NCBI GenBank assembly: GCA_030141605.1
Contig: JAQGDQ010000196.1
Span: 62,001-126,000 of the forward strand
From: Tubiluchus corallicola
Lineage: Eukaryota > Animalia > Priapulida
DNA: 64,000 bases
Reading direction: 5' to 3'
In this document: positions 12,601 to 24,057 of the stretch, piece after piece
Layout: each line of letters opens with the position of its first letter
Position numbering within the stretch: the first letter of the stretch is position 1
The notes under the pieces: model-generated
Database searches by the model: none
What the model saw: only the letters and a program-made list of their open reading frames with translations
What the model was told of the DNA's origin: nothing
Made by a program: the position numbers and the translations under genes

Positions 12601-13837
12601 TTCAATAATTACTTAGATATGACAGCCTAAGCTCAAGATTTGTGTGCTTACATAGCAAAATCGTCCATAAGTCAGCAATTAAGCTTTTCCAGTTATTCGC
12701 TTATTCTGAATCTCCATTTCATAAGGATCATTTTGATACTAAGCTCATCACTCTATGTTATTTCTAAGCTGAGATAATTCACATTAAAGTTGAGGTGCAG
12801 GCTGCGCACTAAAAAACATAATCTTGAGAAAATCGCTGTTATAGTCAGCCATTGTTTTTTGTCGCGTTTCTACAATACACTTAGTAACTGCACAAATGTT
12901 GGTTGCTATGGACCTTGCAAAAGCACTTTGAAGTTATGTTTAAATCCAGTAGATGGCTCTTCCCGACGAAGATCTGGGCTTGGCAACAGAAAAAACTCGA
13001 AGCAAAATGACAACTTCCACGAGCTACTATCAGAGTTAGAAAATAGGAGTTTTTTACAATTGCAGTACCAGTTTCTAGCCTGAAAATAAGAGGTTAAAAT
13101 AGATTTTTAGTTTTTTTAAACATTTTTTTTGATAATTTTGATACTAGAAATTTTTTAAACGTTTATTTTGATAATTTTGATACTAGAATATAATAGTCCA
13201 ATATATTTAGCATTTGTTTTTATAAAAAAACACAAAATTGGCATTTGACCAAATTTTTGATGCATTCTACTTTGAAGCATCATAACGTAGTTTTAGTTGC
13301 GCCGACTTATGGACGGTTTTGGTTTGCAATGTAATGTAAACGATGTAATGTGTTTTAATTATCCAAAGATATTATACCACAACTTGTTGCCCGAAGGGAT
13401 GTTGTTTTCATTCTGTGAAACTATATTATTAAGTAAATTAGTCAATTTTTTCTGGCTTTGTAATTGTGACATTTGGTAATGAATCTAAACGTTGTAACAA
13501 GAAATATTTTTTCTTAAAAAACTAACTACTGTACAGTCAGAACCAACTTGCTTCTAAAATGTATTTCTTTATTTATCTAAGTTTTCCATTATATTTTTAA
13601 AGCATTTTAGACAAGATAAAGACCTTCGAGAATTGACATCACGATTGTCTGTGTTACTGTTTTCTGTAAAACAGATATGTAGGAAATTAATTTTCATTTT
13701 CTTTCTTACTTTAAATTGTTTGTTAAATAAGATTTTTCTTGTTTCTCCTAGAATCTGTGCCAGCTTCCATTTCATCCAGAAATTCGGGATTGCTAGCAAC
13801 AACTTCTGCAGTTACTACTTCATCAACATCAAAATAA
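1..13837 (+). CDS. cic: capicua (HMG-box transcriptional repressor), 3' part; 5' end and HMG box lie upstream of the window
   Basis: Exons <1-615, 3792-3991, 4339-4524, 5387(or 5384)-5560, 6122-6213, 6632-6782, 7384-7555, 9454-9806, 11795(or 11771)-11941, 12258-12488, 13752-13837 join in frame with GT-AG ends. They encode CIC-type motifs [29 protein letters not shown] and the C1 domain [31 protein letters not shown]...[19 protein letters not shown]. Confidence 0.95.
831..1675. mobile_element. hAT-like non-autonomous DNA element
   Basis: Termini CAGTGGCGG...CCACCGCTG, flanked by near-identical 8-mers cttgtaag / cttggaag (TSD). Confidence 0.6.
1980..2500 (-). mobile_element. LINE (RTE-like) reverse transcriptase 3' remnant
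   Basis: Minus strand reads [33 protein letters not shown]...[11 protein letters not shown]...[11 protein letters not shown]; second copy at 20810-21320. Confidence 0.8.
2537..3032 (+). mobile_element. MITE family A (TTAA-flanked, Kolobok-like termini)
   Basis: Ends TAAAGGAAAACAGGA...TCCAGTTTTCCTTTAA; related copies at 19421, 23237, 34222, 49191, 51362, 62368. Confidence 0.75.
3161..3199 (-). ncRNA. Minimal hammerhead-like motif, second copy
   Basis: Identical core on the minus strand; 3' helix I strand GUCG. Confidence 0.5.
3681..3719 (+). ncRNA. Minimal type I hammerhead ribozyme-like motif (U3-A8 variant)
   Basis: UGCC-UUGACAA-U-GAAC(AGUUU)GUUC-GAAA-CCGG-UC-GACA; helix I has one mismatch. 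Confidence 0.55.
3792..3991 (+). CDS. cic: cic exon
   Basis: tttcattgcag acceptor; [10 protein letters not shown]...QPSQN; donor G|GTAATG; phases fit neighbours. Confidence 0.8.
4339..4524 (+). CDS. cic: cic exon
   Basis: atgtag acceptor; [18 protein letters not shown]...VLYQ; donor G|GTAAGA. Confidence 0.8.
5387..5560 (+). CDS. cic: cic exon (NAGNAG acceptor, alternative start 5384)
   Basis: tttccagcag acceptor; [28 protein letters not shown]...SPTSS; donor G|GTAGCG. Confidence 0.8.
6122..6213 (+). CDS. cic: cic exon
   Basis: tttttttgcag acceptor; [31 protein letters not shown]; donor CAG|GTACTA, phase 0. Confidence 0.75.
6198..6472 (+). repeat. 35-bp tandem repeat x8 spanning a cic exon/intron junction
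   Basis: CAG|GTACT recurs at 6211, 6246, 6281, 6316, 6351, 6386, 6421, 6456. Confidence 0.95.
6632..6782 (+). CDS. cic: cic exon with [10 protein letters not shown] motif
   Basis: tttatctag acceptor; [35 protein letters not shown]; donor A|GTAAGT. Confidence 0.88.
7384..7555 (+). CDS. cic: cic exon, S/T-rich
   Basis: ttttctgtag acceptor; [13 protein letters not shown]...EAPD; donor AG|GTACGT. Confidence 0.8.
7833..8320 (+). mobile_element. Dispersed repeat family C (TTAA-ended MITE), partial
   Basis: Starts TTAAAGCACAAGAAAACGC; related to 9980-10430, 26207-27330, 42788-43476 (inverted) and 62900-63115. Confidence 0.65.
8363..8905. mobile_element. piggyBac-like MITE
   Basis: TTAA|CCCTTTCACTAC...GTAGTGAAAGGG|TTAA. 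Confidence 0.85.
9110..9300 (-). mobile_element. L2-like LINE 3' remnant
   Basis: Minus strand reads [14 protein letters not shown] followed by a frameshifted LKTHLF. Confidence 0.65.
9454..9806 (+). CDS. cic: cic exon with conserved [12 protein letters not shown] and FFGSNF blocks
   Basis: tttttacag acceptor; resembles CIC VDFEERFAELPEF, SLPSSPR and FFGPDF-type blocks; donor G|GTATGG. Confidence 0.92.
9980..10430 (+). mobile_element. Repeat family C, partial
   Basis: Shared blocks gcagccatttt, gtagcgcacact, gtggtgcacac. Confidence 0.55.
10828..11590 (+). mobile_element. Tc1/mariner (maT/DD37D-like) deletion derivative
   Basis: TIR TCGGGTGGCACA / TGTGCCACCCGA flanked by TATA; decayed transposase tail [11 protein letters not shown]...IEEL...WGQIP...HTEHF at about 11170-11370. 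Confidence 0.75.
11795..11941 (+). CDS. cic: cic exon, N-terminal half of C1 domain (alternative in-frame acceptor at 11771)
   Basis: [25 protein letters not shown]; donor A|GTACTT. Confidence 0.92.
12082..12250 (+). repeat. About 23-bp tandem repeat x8 abutting a cic splice acceptor
   Basis: cattgtttctttacaataactag alternating with cattgtttctttgcattcacaag. Confidence 0.9.
12258..12488 (+). CDS. cic: cic exon, C-terminal half of C1 domain
   Basis: atttcag acceptor; [32 protein letters not shown]; donor C|GTAAGT. Confidence 0.93.
12641..13334 (+). mobile_element. MITE family D (subterminal inverted repeats) in last cic intron
   Basis: AAAATCGTCCATAAGTC ... GACTTATGGACGGTTTT; inverted copy at 14320-14978. 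Confidence 0.75.
13752..13837 (+). CDS. cic: cic terminal coding exon
   Basis: Long pyrimidine tract ttttcttgtttctcctag; [28 protein letters not shown] then TAA; phase matches previous donor. Confidence 0.75.
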
Positions 13838-14319
13838 TCAACGTGCGGTTTGGAACGTAGTTGCGAAATAACTAATCCTTGTCGCTTTATTGTAACAATG
13901 TCTCAGCAGTTTGGACAGGTAACATTATCGTAATTACAGGTGTGCTTTTTACTGCTAAGAGCCAGTAGCAGCCTGTAGCTGCTGTCACTTCACTTAAAAT
14001 TAGCAAACAATTTGTTAGTAGTCTCTGCTTACGGTAAAACTGACTTTAACTACTAATTGTTTCAGAATTTAGGATATCCTCCTTTGTTTACCAAGTTGTA
14101 AAAATTTTGTTACCGGTGCTACAGCTAGGTGTTGATCAGTTATCAAAAAGTACTGTTATTTTACTCTGTGAATCTAAATTGCAAATCTCAAAGCTGTCCA
14201 TCTGTATTTATGGATCCCTTCTTAACGAGTTATTTTCTAATCATACTGTCATATAAAGCATTAATTTATAGCTTTAAATTTACTACAAGCATTTACAAAA
14301 ATATTAATAATTCGTATGT

Positions 14320-14978
14320 ATGCTAGCAAACCAAAACCGTCCACAAGTTGGCAAAGGTAAAACTGTGGTATGATGCTTTAACGTAGAATGTACCAAAGAT
14401 TTTTGTTTTTTATGAAAACTAATGCTACGTGTTGTATATTTATAGGAACTTTTAGGTTCTTTTAAGCGCTTTTATATTCTAGGTCAAATTACCGAGAAAA
14501 TGTTCAAAAAATACTAAAAATCGTATTGTCATAACTCCGCACTCACTTCTCATGGTTGAAAAACTAGAACGGCAATTGTATTTCATTGAATTTTCAAATT
14601 TCGATAGCACCTTGTGAAAGCAGTTTTTTCTGTTGCCAAGCCCAGTTCTTCTTCAGGAAGAGCCGTCTAGTGGATTTAAACTTAACTTCAATGTGCTCTT
14701 ACAAAGTCCATGACAACCAACATTTGTGCGGTTGCTAAGTGTTTTGTCGTAACGTGACAAAAAACAATGGCTGACTTTAACAGTGATTTTCTCAAGATTA
14801 TGTTTTCCAGTGTGCAGCCTGCACCTCGACTTCAAAGTGAATTATTTCAGCTTAGAAATAACAAAGAGCGATGAGCTTGGTATCACAATGATCCTCATGA
14901 AATGGAGATTCAGGATGTGTGAATAACTAGAAAAGCTTAAATGCCGACTTGTGGACGATTTTGCTATGCAAGCACACA
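14320..14978 (-). mobile_element. MITE family D, inverted, in probable cic 3' UTR
   Basis: First 60 nt match the 12641 copy at 54/60 by hand count; spurious ORFs 12790+ and 14653- are visibly homologous. Confidence 0.75.
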
Positions 14979-15856
14979 TATATACAAATATATTAGACAT
15001 TAAACGGCGTCTTAAGAATTTAGTTTATAAAAAATTACTATTTTTAAAAACTTGTTCCACTTTCACAGTCTGAAAAATCTGAAATTCTCGATTCTCACAA
15101 GCCAAATTTTCTTACGCAAAATGTCGTTGGCTACGTTGTGCATGAGCACACTTAAAGTAAGTGCCATTCTCAGAAATGTACAGTTCATCACATACATATA
15201 TTGTATACAAACTTATTTCAAGTTTTTTCAAGTTTTAGCTAGTTTGAGGGTTGAGCACTGCTTTGTTACATTTGTATAGGCAGAACTATTGTGTAGAATG
15301 GCTGTAAATGATTTGTGATTCTGTCTTATTATGATTTGATAACAAATTTTACTTGGATTGTAACATTGATGATCTTGTTATTTAATGTTGTTGATTGGAT
15401 GTAGTTACAAAGTGTACATAGTTTGTAAATATGACCCGAAAATGTGATAAAATGTTGATAGCTTATCTTTTAGACTTGTATATAAACTAAACGTACAGTG
15501 TAGGCTCAATTTTTTCTTGCGTAACTCATTTCTTTGCCAGCCAATTAATTAAACAATGCAACCCAACTATTAAGAATATGTTAAAGTTCAGGGAATTGGC
15601 TGCTATTATAAAATGCTGGACAAAACTGTTTACCGATAGCCTTAATTAGATTATTGATGCTGTGAGTGCAGTTTATTTGTTATTTTGCAACAGTTATTAG
15701 CCATTGTGAGTAATGAGTTGAAAGAAAGGAAGTGCCGAAGAATTGTGGACTAGTTGGGATTTAAACCTGAGACAAGGTATCAGTACTTCCACACACTCCC
15801 AGCTTTTCCTTTCAGAGTTCATTTCTTCCTTTCAACTCATTATCCATATTGGGTTA

Positions 15857-16450
15857 TAATTGTTGCAAAATAAACCACAATGGTTTGTGAACATTCTGGC
15901 AATAATTGTTGCAAAATAAACCGCAAAGGTTTGCGAATGTTCTGGCAATAATTGTTGCAAAATAAACCGCAAAGGTTTGTGAATGTTCTGGCAATAATTG
16001 TTGCAAAATAAACTGCAATGGCTTGTGAACGTTCTGGCAATAATTGTTGCAAAATAAACCACAATGGTTTGTGAATGTTCTGGCAATAATTGTTGCAAAA
16101 TAAACTGCAATGGTTTGTGAACGTCCTGGCAATAATTGTTGCCAAATAAACCGCAATGGTTTGTGAACGTTCTGGCAATAATTGTTGTAAAATAAACCGC
16201 AATGATTTGTGAACGTTCTGGCAATAATTGTTGCAAAATAAACTGCAATGGTTTGTGAACGTTCTGGCAATAATTGTTGCAAAATAAACTGCAATGGTTT
16301 GTGAACATCCTGGCAATAATAGTTGCAAAATAAACTGCAAAGGTTTGTGAACATTCTGGCAATAATAGTTGCAAAATAAACTGCAAAGGTTTGTGAACAT
16401 TCTGGCAATAATAGTTGCAAAATAAACCGCAAAGGTTTGTGAACATTCTG
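15857..16450. repeat. 46-bp minisatellite, about 13 copies
   Basis: aataattgttgcaaaataaaccgcaatggtttgtgaacgttctggc. Confidence 0.95.
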
Positions 16451-19420
16451 TCATTCACAGCCATAATCTAATTAATGACATCGTTATATAAGAGGGAATT
16501 TGAACGTTGATAGCAGACTAGTTTAACAATGTTTTTGCATTTTTACAAGTGCACAGAAATTTTTGCAAGAAGTCTTTTTTAGTTCTGCATAGATGAAACG
16601 ACACAAAATATGAATGTTCAGTCTTTCCTTGAACATGCTTACGGTGCAGACATCTTTTACTGTCAAAGGTTGTTTACTTGAGATATTGAGATATCTATTT
16701 TTCTGTAGCCCGTTGTTTATATCATTCAGAACACATTGTATGTTGTTATACGATTGTTTATTATAGGAAGTAAGTGAAGTGTAGAATCCAGGGTCTAGAA
16801 TATCAAAACCTGTTCACTGATGCTACTTCATCTACAAAAGTTGCTTTCCACATTTTTTTGCAAATTGTCAAAATTTAAAAATCTGCTTTTACGAAATTTC
16901 CTGCATTTGAAATAATTTTTATGTTACATTCCAAAATGGCAGTACTATTTTATTTCACTTTTAATGTTAGCCTACACATCAAGAGTAAAGGAAAAACATC
17001 TTCGTCTTCTGCTTGCAAGGAATATAGAACCTAGGAATGTGAGCATTTTAATTATTGTTTTCCGTTTTCTTACGTAAATAAACCTGTTAGTCTCCACTAC
17101 AAAAGAAACTCACAATAGGGCACTGCTTGGTGACAAAAAATATCTTTTGAATCAAAAAGGGCAAAATTGATTTTGGAATGAAAGGCTCACTGGAACAACC
17201 ATATTCTTTGCAAGGCAGTCTTTCAGAGTCGGTGTTTCTCCCATTATGATTATTCATGTAACTAATTTTCCTTATTTCCAAGTGTGAAGTGATTTGAATT
17301 AGCTAACTTAGTCAATTTAAATGTTCAGTGTAAATAAATAATGCAACTTGCAAAAAGAAATTTTATTTACAAGATAGTTGTGGAAGTGACCATTACTCAC
17401 ACGCAGTAGTTTCTAACTGTTTTGTTGAATTTAAACTTTTCTGCCGCCAGATGGCAGAACAAGCATAACAGTAAAAGGCTTCGTCATCTTTCTTGTACCA
17501 CGTTTACGTAACTATGCTTTGCAGTTTCCAAGTTTATCAGTAAATTAGTTTTACAGATACTTCTAAGAAATATGAATTTTAAATAAATCAAAATACAGTT
17601 TTTCCTCTCCTTATTAAGACGAGAATTTTTATAGAAATTGTATAAAGTTATAAGACAGTTGAGGTTTGTAGCTGTGAAACTTGTTATTATTATTGGAGTA
17701 ATGTGATTTTAGGCAAGTTTTTAACAAATTTACTTGAACACAACAAAACTGGATTTTTGTGTTATAGTTGTTTGTTTTAAGCTTTTGCAAGTACAGCAAG
17801 CTAATAGTTTAATAATTCTTTACTGAGTTAATGTTTATTTCCTGTCTGATTCTTAATTTCCTTTCTTACTTTTCATTGCAGTATAATCTGTTCTCCTGTT
17901 TGTTTTTAGCTAAACAAAAAATTTTTCTTACTTTCATCAACAATTTCTTATTCGGGCAGCTCGTGTTTTTAATTCATGTTAAGTGACATGGTTTTTATCT
18001 TAGCACTCTAATATTATAATCTGACAAAATTGTGATAACCCATTACATACGTAGACATAGTGACCACTTCAAATTTTCCTAATTCACCAAATGTGAAGAG
18101 TTATTGTTTAGTTTTTTGAAACAAAATAGATATTGATTTTTTTTAAATTTGTAACAGATGATGATACCGTCACCACTTGTAGTGAAATTCATAATAATCA
18201 TTAATAATAATAGTCTCTCTGACTGTAATAATGCATCGGATAGGAACTTTTAAACGACTTGGTGTGAAATTCATGTGGATTCAATGTACGTCACGTGGTT
18301 CACATGGCGGAAAAATTGAAAATCATTTTTGCGGAATGTGCTGATTGGGTACTTGTCACGTGATTCTTATCATTTGCTGAAATATTTTAGTGATATTTTA
18401 GGCCTATTATGCGTAGGATACATTTATTAATCATTAGATGATTACGAATCATTTTTATTGTTATTATACCTGTTAGCATTGGCTGTGCCATTCTTGTATA
18501 TGTTTAATATCTGAATAAAGGTGGAACCATAGTTTTCTGAAAATGCTTCACATCCAAAGTATTTTTGTATCAACCTTAGGATCCGTAGGTAGGCTGCCAA
18601 GTACTTATTTGCGTTGTTGTCCTTGTTCTTGTGGCTTGTTTTTATGATGGGGTAATGGCCCCGGTGTGCTTACCTAGAAAGGTACTTGCTGCATGTATAA
18701 ATTCAGAAGTATCGTGCACTCGGAAATAATTTGACAACATCACCAAATGGAAATCATAAAAACTGTTATTTATGAGCAGTCACTTGGTACTGGTTGTCTG
18801 CTGTGAATGTCACGTGCAAGGTTTCGAGTTCAAATCCTGACGTGATTAATAATAACTTAAGTTTTTTTATCATATCGCAGAGAATTCAGTCTCGTTTTTA
18901 GTTATTTTTTTACTTAATTTACTGTTGCCGGGTTTATGATATATCTTCAGAAAAAGAAAAACTGTCATAAGTAATTGCTGTTCACTCATCTAAAATAACT
19001 ATAATATGCCCCCTTACAAACACGTGATCATATTGGATTTTTGCAAAAAAAATGAAAACTGAAACGTGTGTAAAGTAGCAGACAATCACGTGACCTTCTA
19101 CGCGCTACTCTTTTATGAAATGAACAAGGCGCCAGTTAGTTAATTAAAATTGTCCTATCCTCATTTGCAGTTGAGTTTATAGAAAGAACTAAACATTGGG
19201 AAATAAAATCCGCAGACCTGCACTATTGCAACTATTTTTTAAAATGTTGTACAAACGTCTGTGCTTTTTTGAAGACGTTTCTAACAATGAATTAAAATTA
19301 ACATTTTTTCCTGTATGAATTGAAAGAGATCTTTGTTTTTATGAACGCAAAAGTAGAATTTTAATTAAGTACATCCTCAATAAGTAGTTAAATTACTAAA
19401 CGTATTGCCATTTGTGCCAT

Positions 19421-20035
19421 TTAAAGGAAGACAGGACGATTTTTCGTATACTATCCCATTTTCAAGTCCGATAAAAAGTATACATTTTAACACAATACTG
19501 CAAAAGCGTTTCTGATAATCATATAGTAGATTAAAAACTTAATTAATGGCAGGCGAGCCCAACTATTGATGAGATCACAAACTAACATAATTTTCAACAG
19601 CAAAAATATTCCATGAGGGTGTTACACGTGTTTGTGAAAGGCAAAATTGAAGTACAGTGTTACTGTAAGATATTCAGTGTGTTGCACTAAAACTAGGCAA
19701 GTTTTAAGATAAAAATTCAAATTTACCGCTGTGCTCACGTTTGAGCTGTCGAACGTGTGTAGTTCGTCACAAACTAACACAGCTGAACTGAGAGGTACAG
19801 TGCCTGTTTTTTGTGCAATGCATTTCCGAAATGCAGGCGCTAGTTACCGTCTAACTAATGAATGGCAAAATACATCTAACAGTGAAAACTATTGCCGCGA
19901 GCGTAAAATTTCGTTTGTATGATAATAATTCTTTCACGTAAGTCATTTTTGGAAAAATAGCACGTTTCCTTCCAATATTTTAAAGAGGAGATTGTTTTGA
20001 CCTACAGTTTAAGATTGGATCCGGTTTTGCTTTAA
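19421..20035 (+). mobile_element. MITE family A
   Basis: TTAAAGGAAGACAGGA...CCGGTTTTGCTTTAA with shared internal sequence. Confidence 0.8.
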
Positions 20036-20809
20036 TGGACCGTAGACTTTAATTTTTCAAACTAATATTTTTACTTTTAGATAATTATGAATTTAACTCG
20101 TCTGTTTGAAACTTGAGCAGTTATTAAATTGATTTACTAACGAAATTCAATTGACATAAACCACGAAACAGATCAAATAATTTCAATTTATTAATTGCGT
20201 CACGCTAATAAATCTTTACAAAATATCATATTCATATACTCGTTTCATCTACATAATAAATTGCTTAAATCGATGTTAATTTTCATAAAGAAATTGGATG
20301 AAGAGACACTTCATATTCTACAATAGATGCAAATGAAAAATAAAATTGGAAATGGCTTCTATCAGTCTAAAATGTTTTCTAAAATGATATTTTAATGTCT
20401 TCTAAATGATAATGCAGTCACGTGATACATTAACTTTAACAAATATAGCTTCCTGTACTTTTAACTGTTGCTGGCAAACAGATACACGTCACTTAGTAAG
20501 AAGTGACGAACTGATAATCAGTCCGGAATGCGAAGCATTGAAATATTCATTGTTATTTGCCCAGCTGCCTAGTATAAAATTTCGAACTCTATTTACCGTT
20601 GTCGTGAAACTGTTTTTTCACGAATTTGTCAGTTAGAATACTGTCTACCGTTGTTATGAATCCGTTTTGTTTCGCCCAAATTTGTAATACAAGTATCGTA
20701 ACTATATTGTGATTGAGAAAATATTACAAACTAATAAATTTATTACATCAACAACAATAGAAATCAGCCAACAATGCGTCCTTTGCTTCAGCATTTGAAC
20801 GTATGAAAA

Positions 20810-21320
20810 AGAAAGAAAATAAGTCTTAACGTAAGAAAGGGATTATTTAATTCGTACGTTACCAGAATATTTATGTACAACAGCGAAACTCGGGGTTTAA
20901 CGATTACTCAGGAAAAGGAGATTGACACATTTCATAGAAGTCTTCTTAGGAAAGTTTTAAAGATAAGATGGCCATACAGAATCAAAAAAAGAAGATTTAT
21001 ACAACAGAACAAAAGAAATTTATTGGAGTTCAAAAGTCAAGATCTGAAGATTAAGATGGCTAGGACATCTTCTAAGATTACCAATTGAAGCACCAGTAAG
21101 AATCGCCTTAAAGGAAGCTTTAAAACTTTGCAAAAAACATGATAAACCAAAAACAACTTAGATGGCTAAGATAAATAAAGATACTCAAAAACTTTAAATA
21201 TATTTAGCTTTAGTAGCAGAAAAACTTAACTTACGTTGTTAGATACATATAGGATTGGGTGCAATTGGCAATGAATAGATGTCTACAACAGGTGGAAACA
21301 GAATTTGATGTCACGAAGAA
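20810..21320 (+). mobile_element. LINE (RTE-like) remnant, same family as 1980-2500
   Basis: ORF-track [34 protein letters not shown] then frameshift; nucleotide match to the reverse complement of the first copy. Confidence 0.8.
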
Positions 21321-21949
21321 CGTGAACTATTTCGCAAGTTTTTAACTGTTCATAAACGAAATAGGCTTACTTCGTATTCAGTTTAGTGATGTAAAAATAA
21401 TCACATTCTTACTTTCAATTATTATTTCTAATGACTCCATCTTGAAAATCTGAACATAAATAGTTTATGACTCACGGTTTATACGACGGATAATTCGAAG
21501 AATCCAAGCTATAAATTAGTTACAAAAAATAGATTTATTAGTTATTAATTAGCCCTAATCACTGAGACTACATGGCAGAAAGTGGACTAGTGGCCATTGC
21601 ACTGGACTTGCAACCAGAAAATTCCTAGTTCAACCACGACTTTTTCACATTTGCCCCTCTATTTATTATCTGATTACCATTAACTAGAGGCAACTGAGAA
21701 AATCGATTGGTATCAATTCGATCTTTCTCGCAAATAGGAGGAGTACAGAATAGCTCTTATCCAGCTTCTTGCTGCCCAAGTTTCCTCGATAACATTGAAA
21801 AATCTGTTCCTCCCCCCCCCCCTTGCTCTGCCCAATCCCTCTTATTTCGCTGTTCCTTCTTCAATGCCATGATGTACATTGTGCATGTTTTCTTGGCAGC
21901 CTTGAATACAACACTTCCCGCCCCATGGCATTCGTCAACATAGAAAGCA

Positions 21950-22275
21950 AAAGTCCCAGTTCCCCTTGCGATGGCCCTCGCCCCCTAGTCTACGTTGAAT
22001 ACAATTCCTATCCCCATCTCTCTTGCGCTGTCCCATGGCAACGCAGAATGCAAGTGCCCCAGTTCCCCTTGCGATGGCCCTCGCCCCCTAGCTACGTTGA
22101 ATACAATTCCTATCCCCATCTCTCTTGCGCTGTCCCATGGCAACGTAGAATGCAAGTGCCCCAGTTCCCCTTGCGATGGCCCCTCGTCTCCTCGTCTGCA
22201 TTGAATGCAATCCATCTCCTCACCCCCTTTGCTCTGCCCCTCGCCCCCAGGTGTACGTTGAATACAATTCCTCTC
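21950..22275. repeat. About 102-bp C-rich tandem repeat, 2-3 copies
   Basis: agttccccttgcgatggccc at 21958, 22061, 22163. Confidence 0.85.
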
Positions 22276-22678
22276 CCCACGTCTCTTGTGCTGCCTCTCG
22301 CCCCCCTCCCTCGTCAGCGATGAATGTTTCCTGAGCTGATGAGATGCAAAACTAAAAGCAGATTTATCTTCAAGACGAATCAATGTAAATGACTTCGTTG
22401 AATGCGAGAAAATGTGCAAGGCCGCGTTAAAAGGATTGAGCCGCAGCACTTCACGCTGGCTAATCGAAATGATAATTTGTTGGAGGAATTGGCTTGAGTC
22501 ACCTCTTTAAATGGCACTGTATCACACAAGTTTTCTGTCCCGTGCATTAAGTTGATTTGCCAGGAATGATGAAAGCAAAAGATGCCAACAGAGTTACGAT
22601 ACTGATTGTGATGGTGCTGAAAGAAACACTAAAATCAGGAAATTTGAATGAATGTAAATTAATCATTCGCAACACCTA

Positions 22679-22906
22679 CAGTCGTGGCCAAAAGTTCAAG
22701 TGAATTTTGAGCATTTTTGGTATTCAATACCATATATTTTCCCTCACGATGGCTCATTATTAAGGTAATTGAAAATTGCAAATAAATGTTTGTGTGGCGC
22801 ATGCGCAGGACTTACCAGATGATGAAAAAAATATGGTATTGAATACCAAAAAAGCTCAAAATTCATGTCGTAATCACAGGTGGGCTTAAACTTTTGGCCA
22901 CGACTG
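22679..22906. mobile_element. Tc1-like palindromic MITE
   Basis: TA|CAGTCGTGGCCAAAAGTT...AACTTTTGGCCACGACTG|TA with internal inverted arms. Confidence 0.85.
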
Positions 22907-23236
22907 TACATAAAAATGACTAGATATCATTACTTTGATCAACAAAATGCCATTAAAAATAACTTGTAGTGTAAAAAATAACGAAAGTAATTTTGCACAA
23001 TGTGTGTTTAGCTCAATAATACTTCCTTCCAGATAAACAGTTCATCATTCTGTAGGTCACTGGTAGGGTCTAATTAATTTGATCGATGTGGCAGGAACGG
23101 GATCTAATTCATTGTTAAGGTTGAACGTTTGTGATGATCTGATACGTTCAGATGCGTAATAAGTAAGTATAGTCCCAGTAAGTAAACAGTCGGGGCTAGT
23201 TTGACAGGCGACCTGGCAAATCAAGCTTTGTGTTGT

Positions 23237-23820
23237 TTAAAGGAAGACAGGATGATTTTTCGAATACTACCCCATTTCCAAGACCGATAAAAAGTAAACA
23301 TTTTAACAGCAATAATACTGCAGAAGCATTTCTGATAATTAAATGGTAGATTAAAACTTAGTTAACGCAGACCCGCCCAACTATTGATGACTCCACAAAC
23401 CAACAGAATTTTCAACATCAAAAAAATTCCACGAGCATGTTGCACTTGTTTGCGAAAGGGAGAATTGAAGTACAGTGCTACTGTAAGATATTCAGTGTGT
23501 TGTGCTAAAAGTAGGCAAGTTTTAAGAAAAAAATTTTAATTTACTGCTGTGCTCACGTATGAGCTGTTAAACGAGTGTAGTTCGTCACAAACTAACACAT
23601 CTGAACTGAGAGGTACATCACCTGTTTTTTGTGTATTGCGTTTCCGAAATGCAGGCCCTACTGCCCGTCTAACTAGCGAATGGCGAAATGCGTGTAACAA
23701 CAGGAAACTAACGGCACGAACGTGAAATTGTATTTGTGTGGTAACATTGTTTCCTTTCAACATTTTACAGAGTCTATTGTTTTGACCTGCAGTTTAAGAT
23801 GGGGTCCGGTTTTGCTTTAA
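23237..23820 (+). mobile_element. MITE family A
   Basis: Same termini and internal blocks (ttcagtgtgttg, gaaatgcaggc). Confidence 0.8.
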
Positions 23821-24057
23821 GTTCGGCCCAATAAGCTACACTCTTCGATCTAAGGACCACATATTCCTTGTATAAGGAATGTAAATCCATTGTTTCGAGA
23901 CCACGAAAACAAGAAGAAACGACGAAGTAGTCGCTGACATGTCTAGACTAGGTAAATTGACGAAATTATCAAAGTAATGTTCACATTAAGCTTCTTTTTC
24001 TCACTAAAAGTATGTATGTATGTTCACACTTGCATATTTTCTGAGAAAACTACCTTG

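Noticed and set aside
12790-13083. Apparent paralogous ORF pair with 14653-14835
   Set aside because: Both lie within copies of one MITE and have no protein-like features
15832-16464. Three long overlapping ORFs
   Set aside because: Products of a stop-free 46-bp repeat; the same applies to ORFs at 32929-33690, 37147-37689 and 38437-39974
21573-21645. tRNA-like sequence (similar patches near 15740 and 18780)
   Set aside because: No full cloverleaf; at most decayed SINE heads, too weak to call
22336-22380. CTGATGAG hammerhead-like start
   Set aside because: No GAAA box or helix III follows
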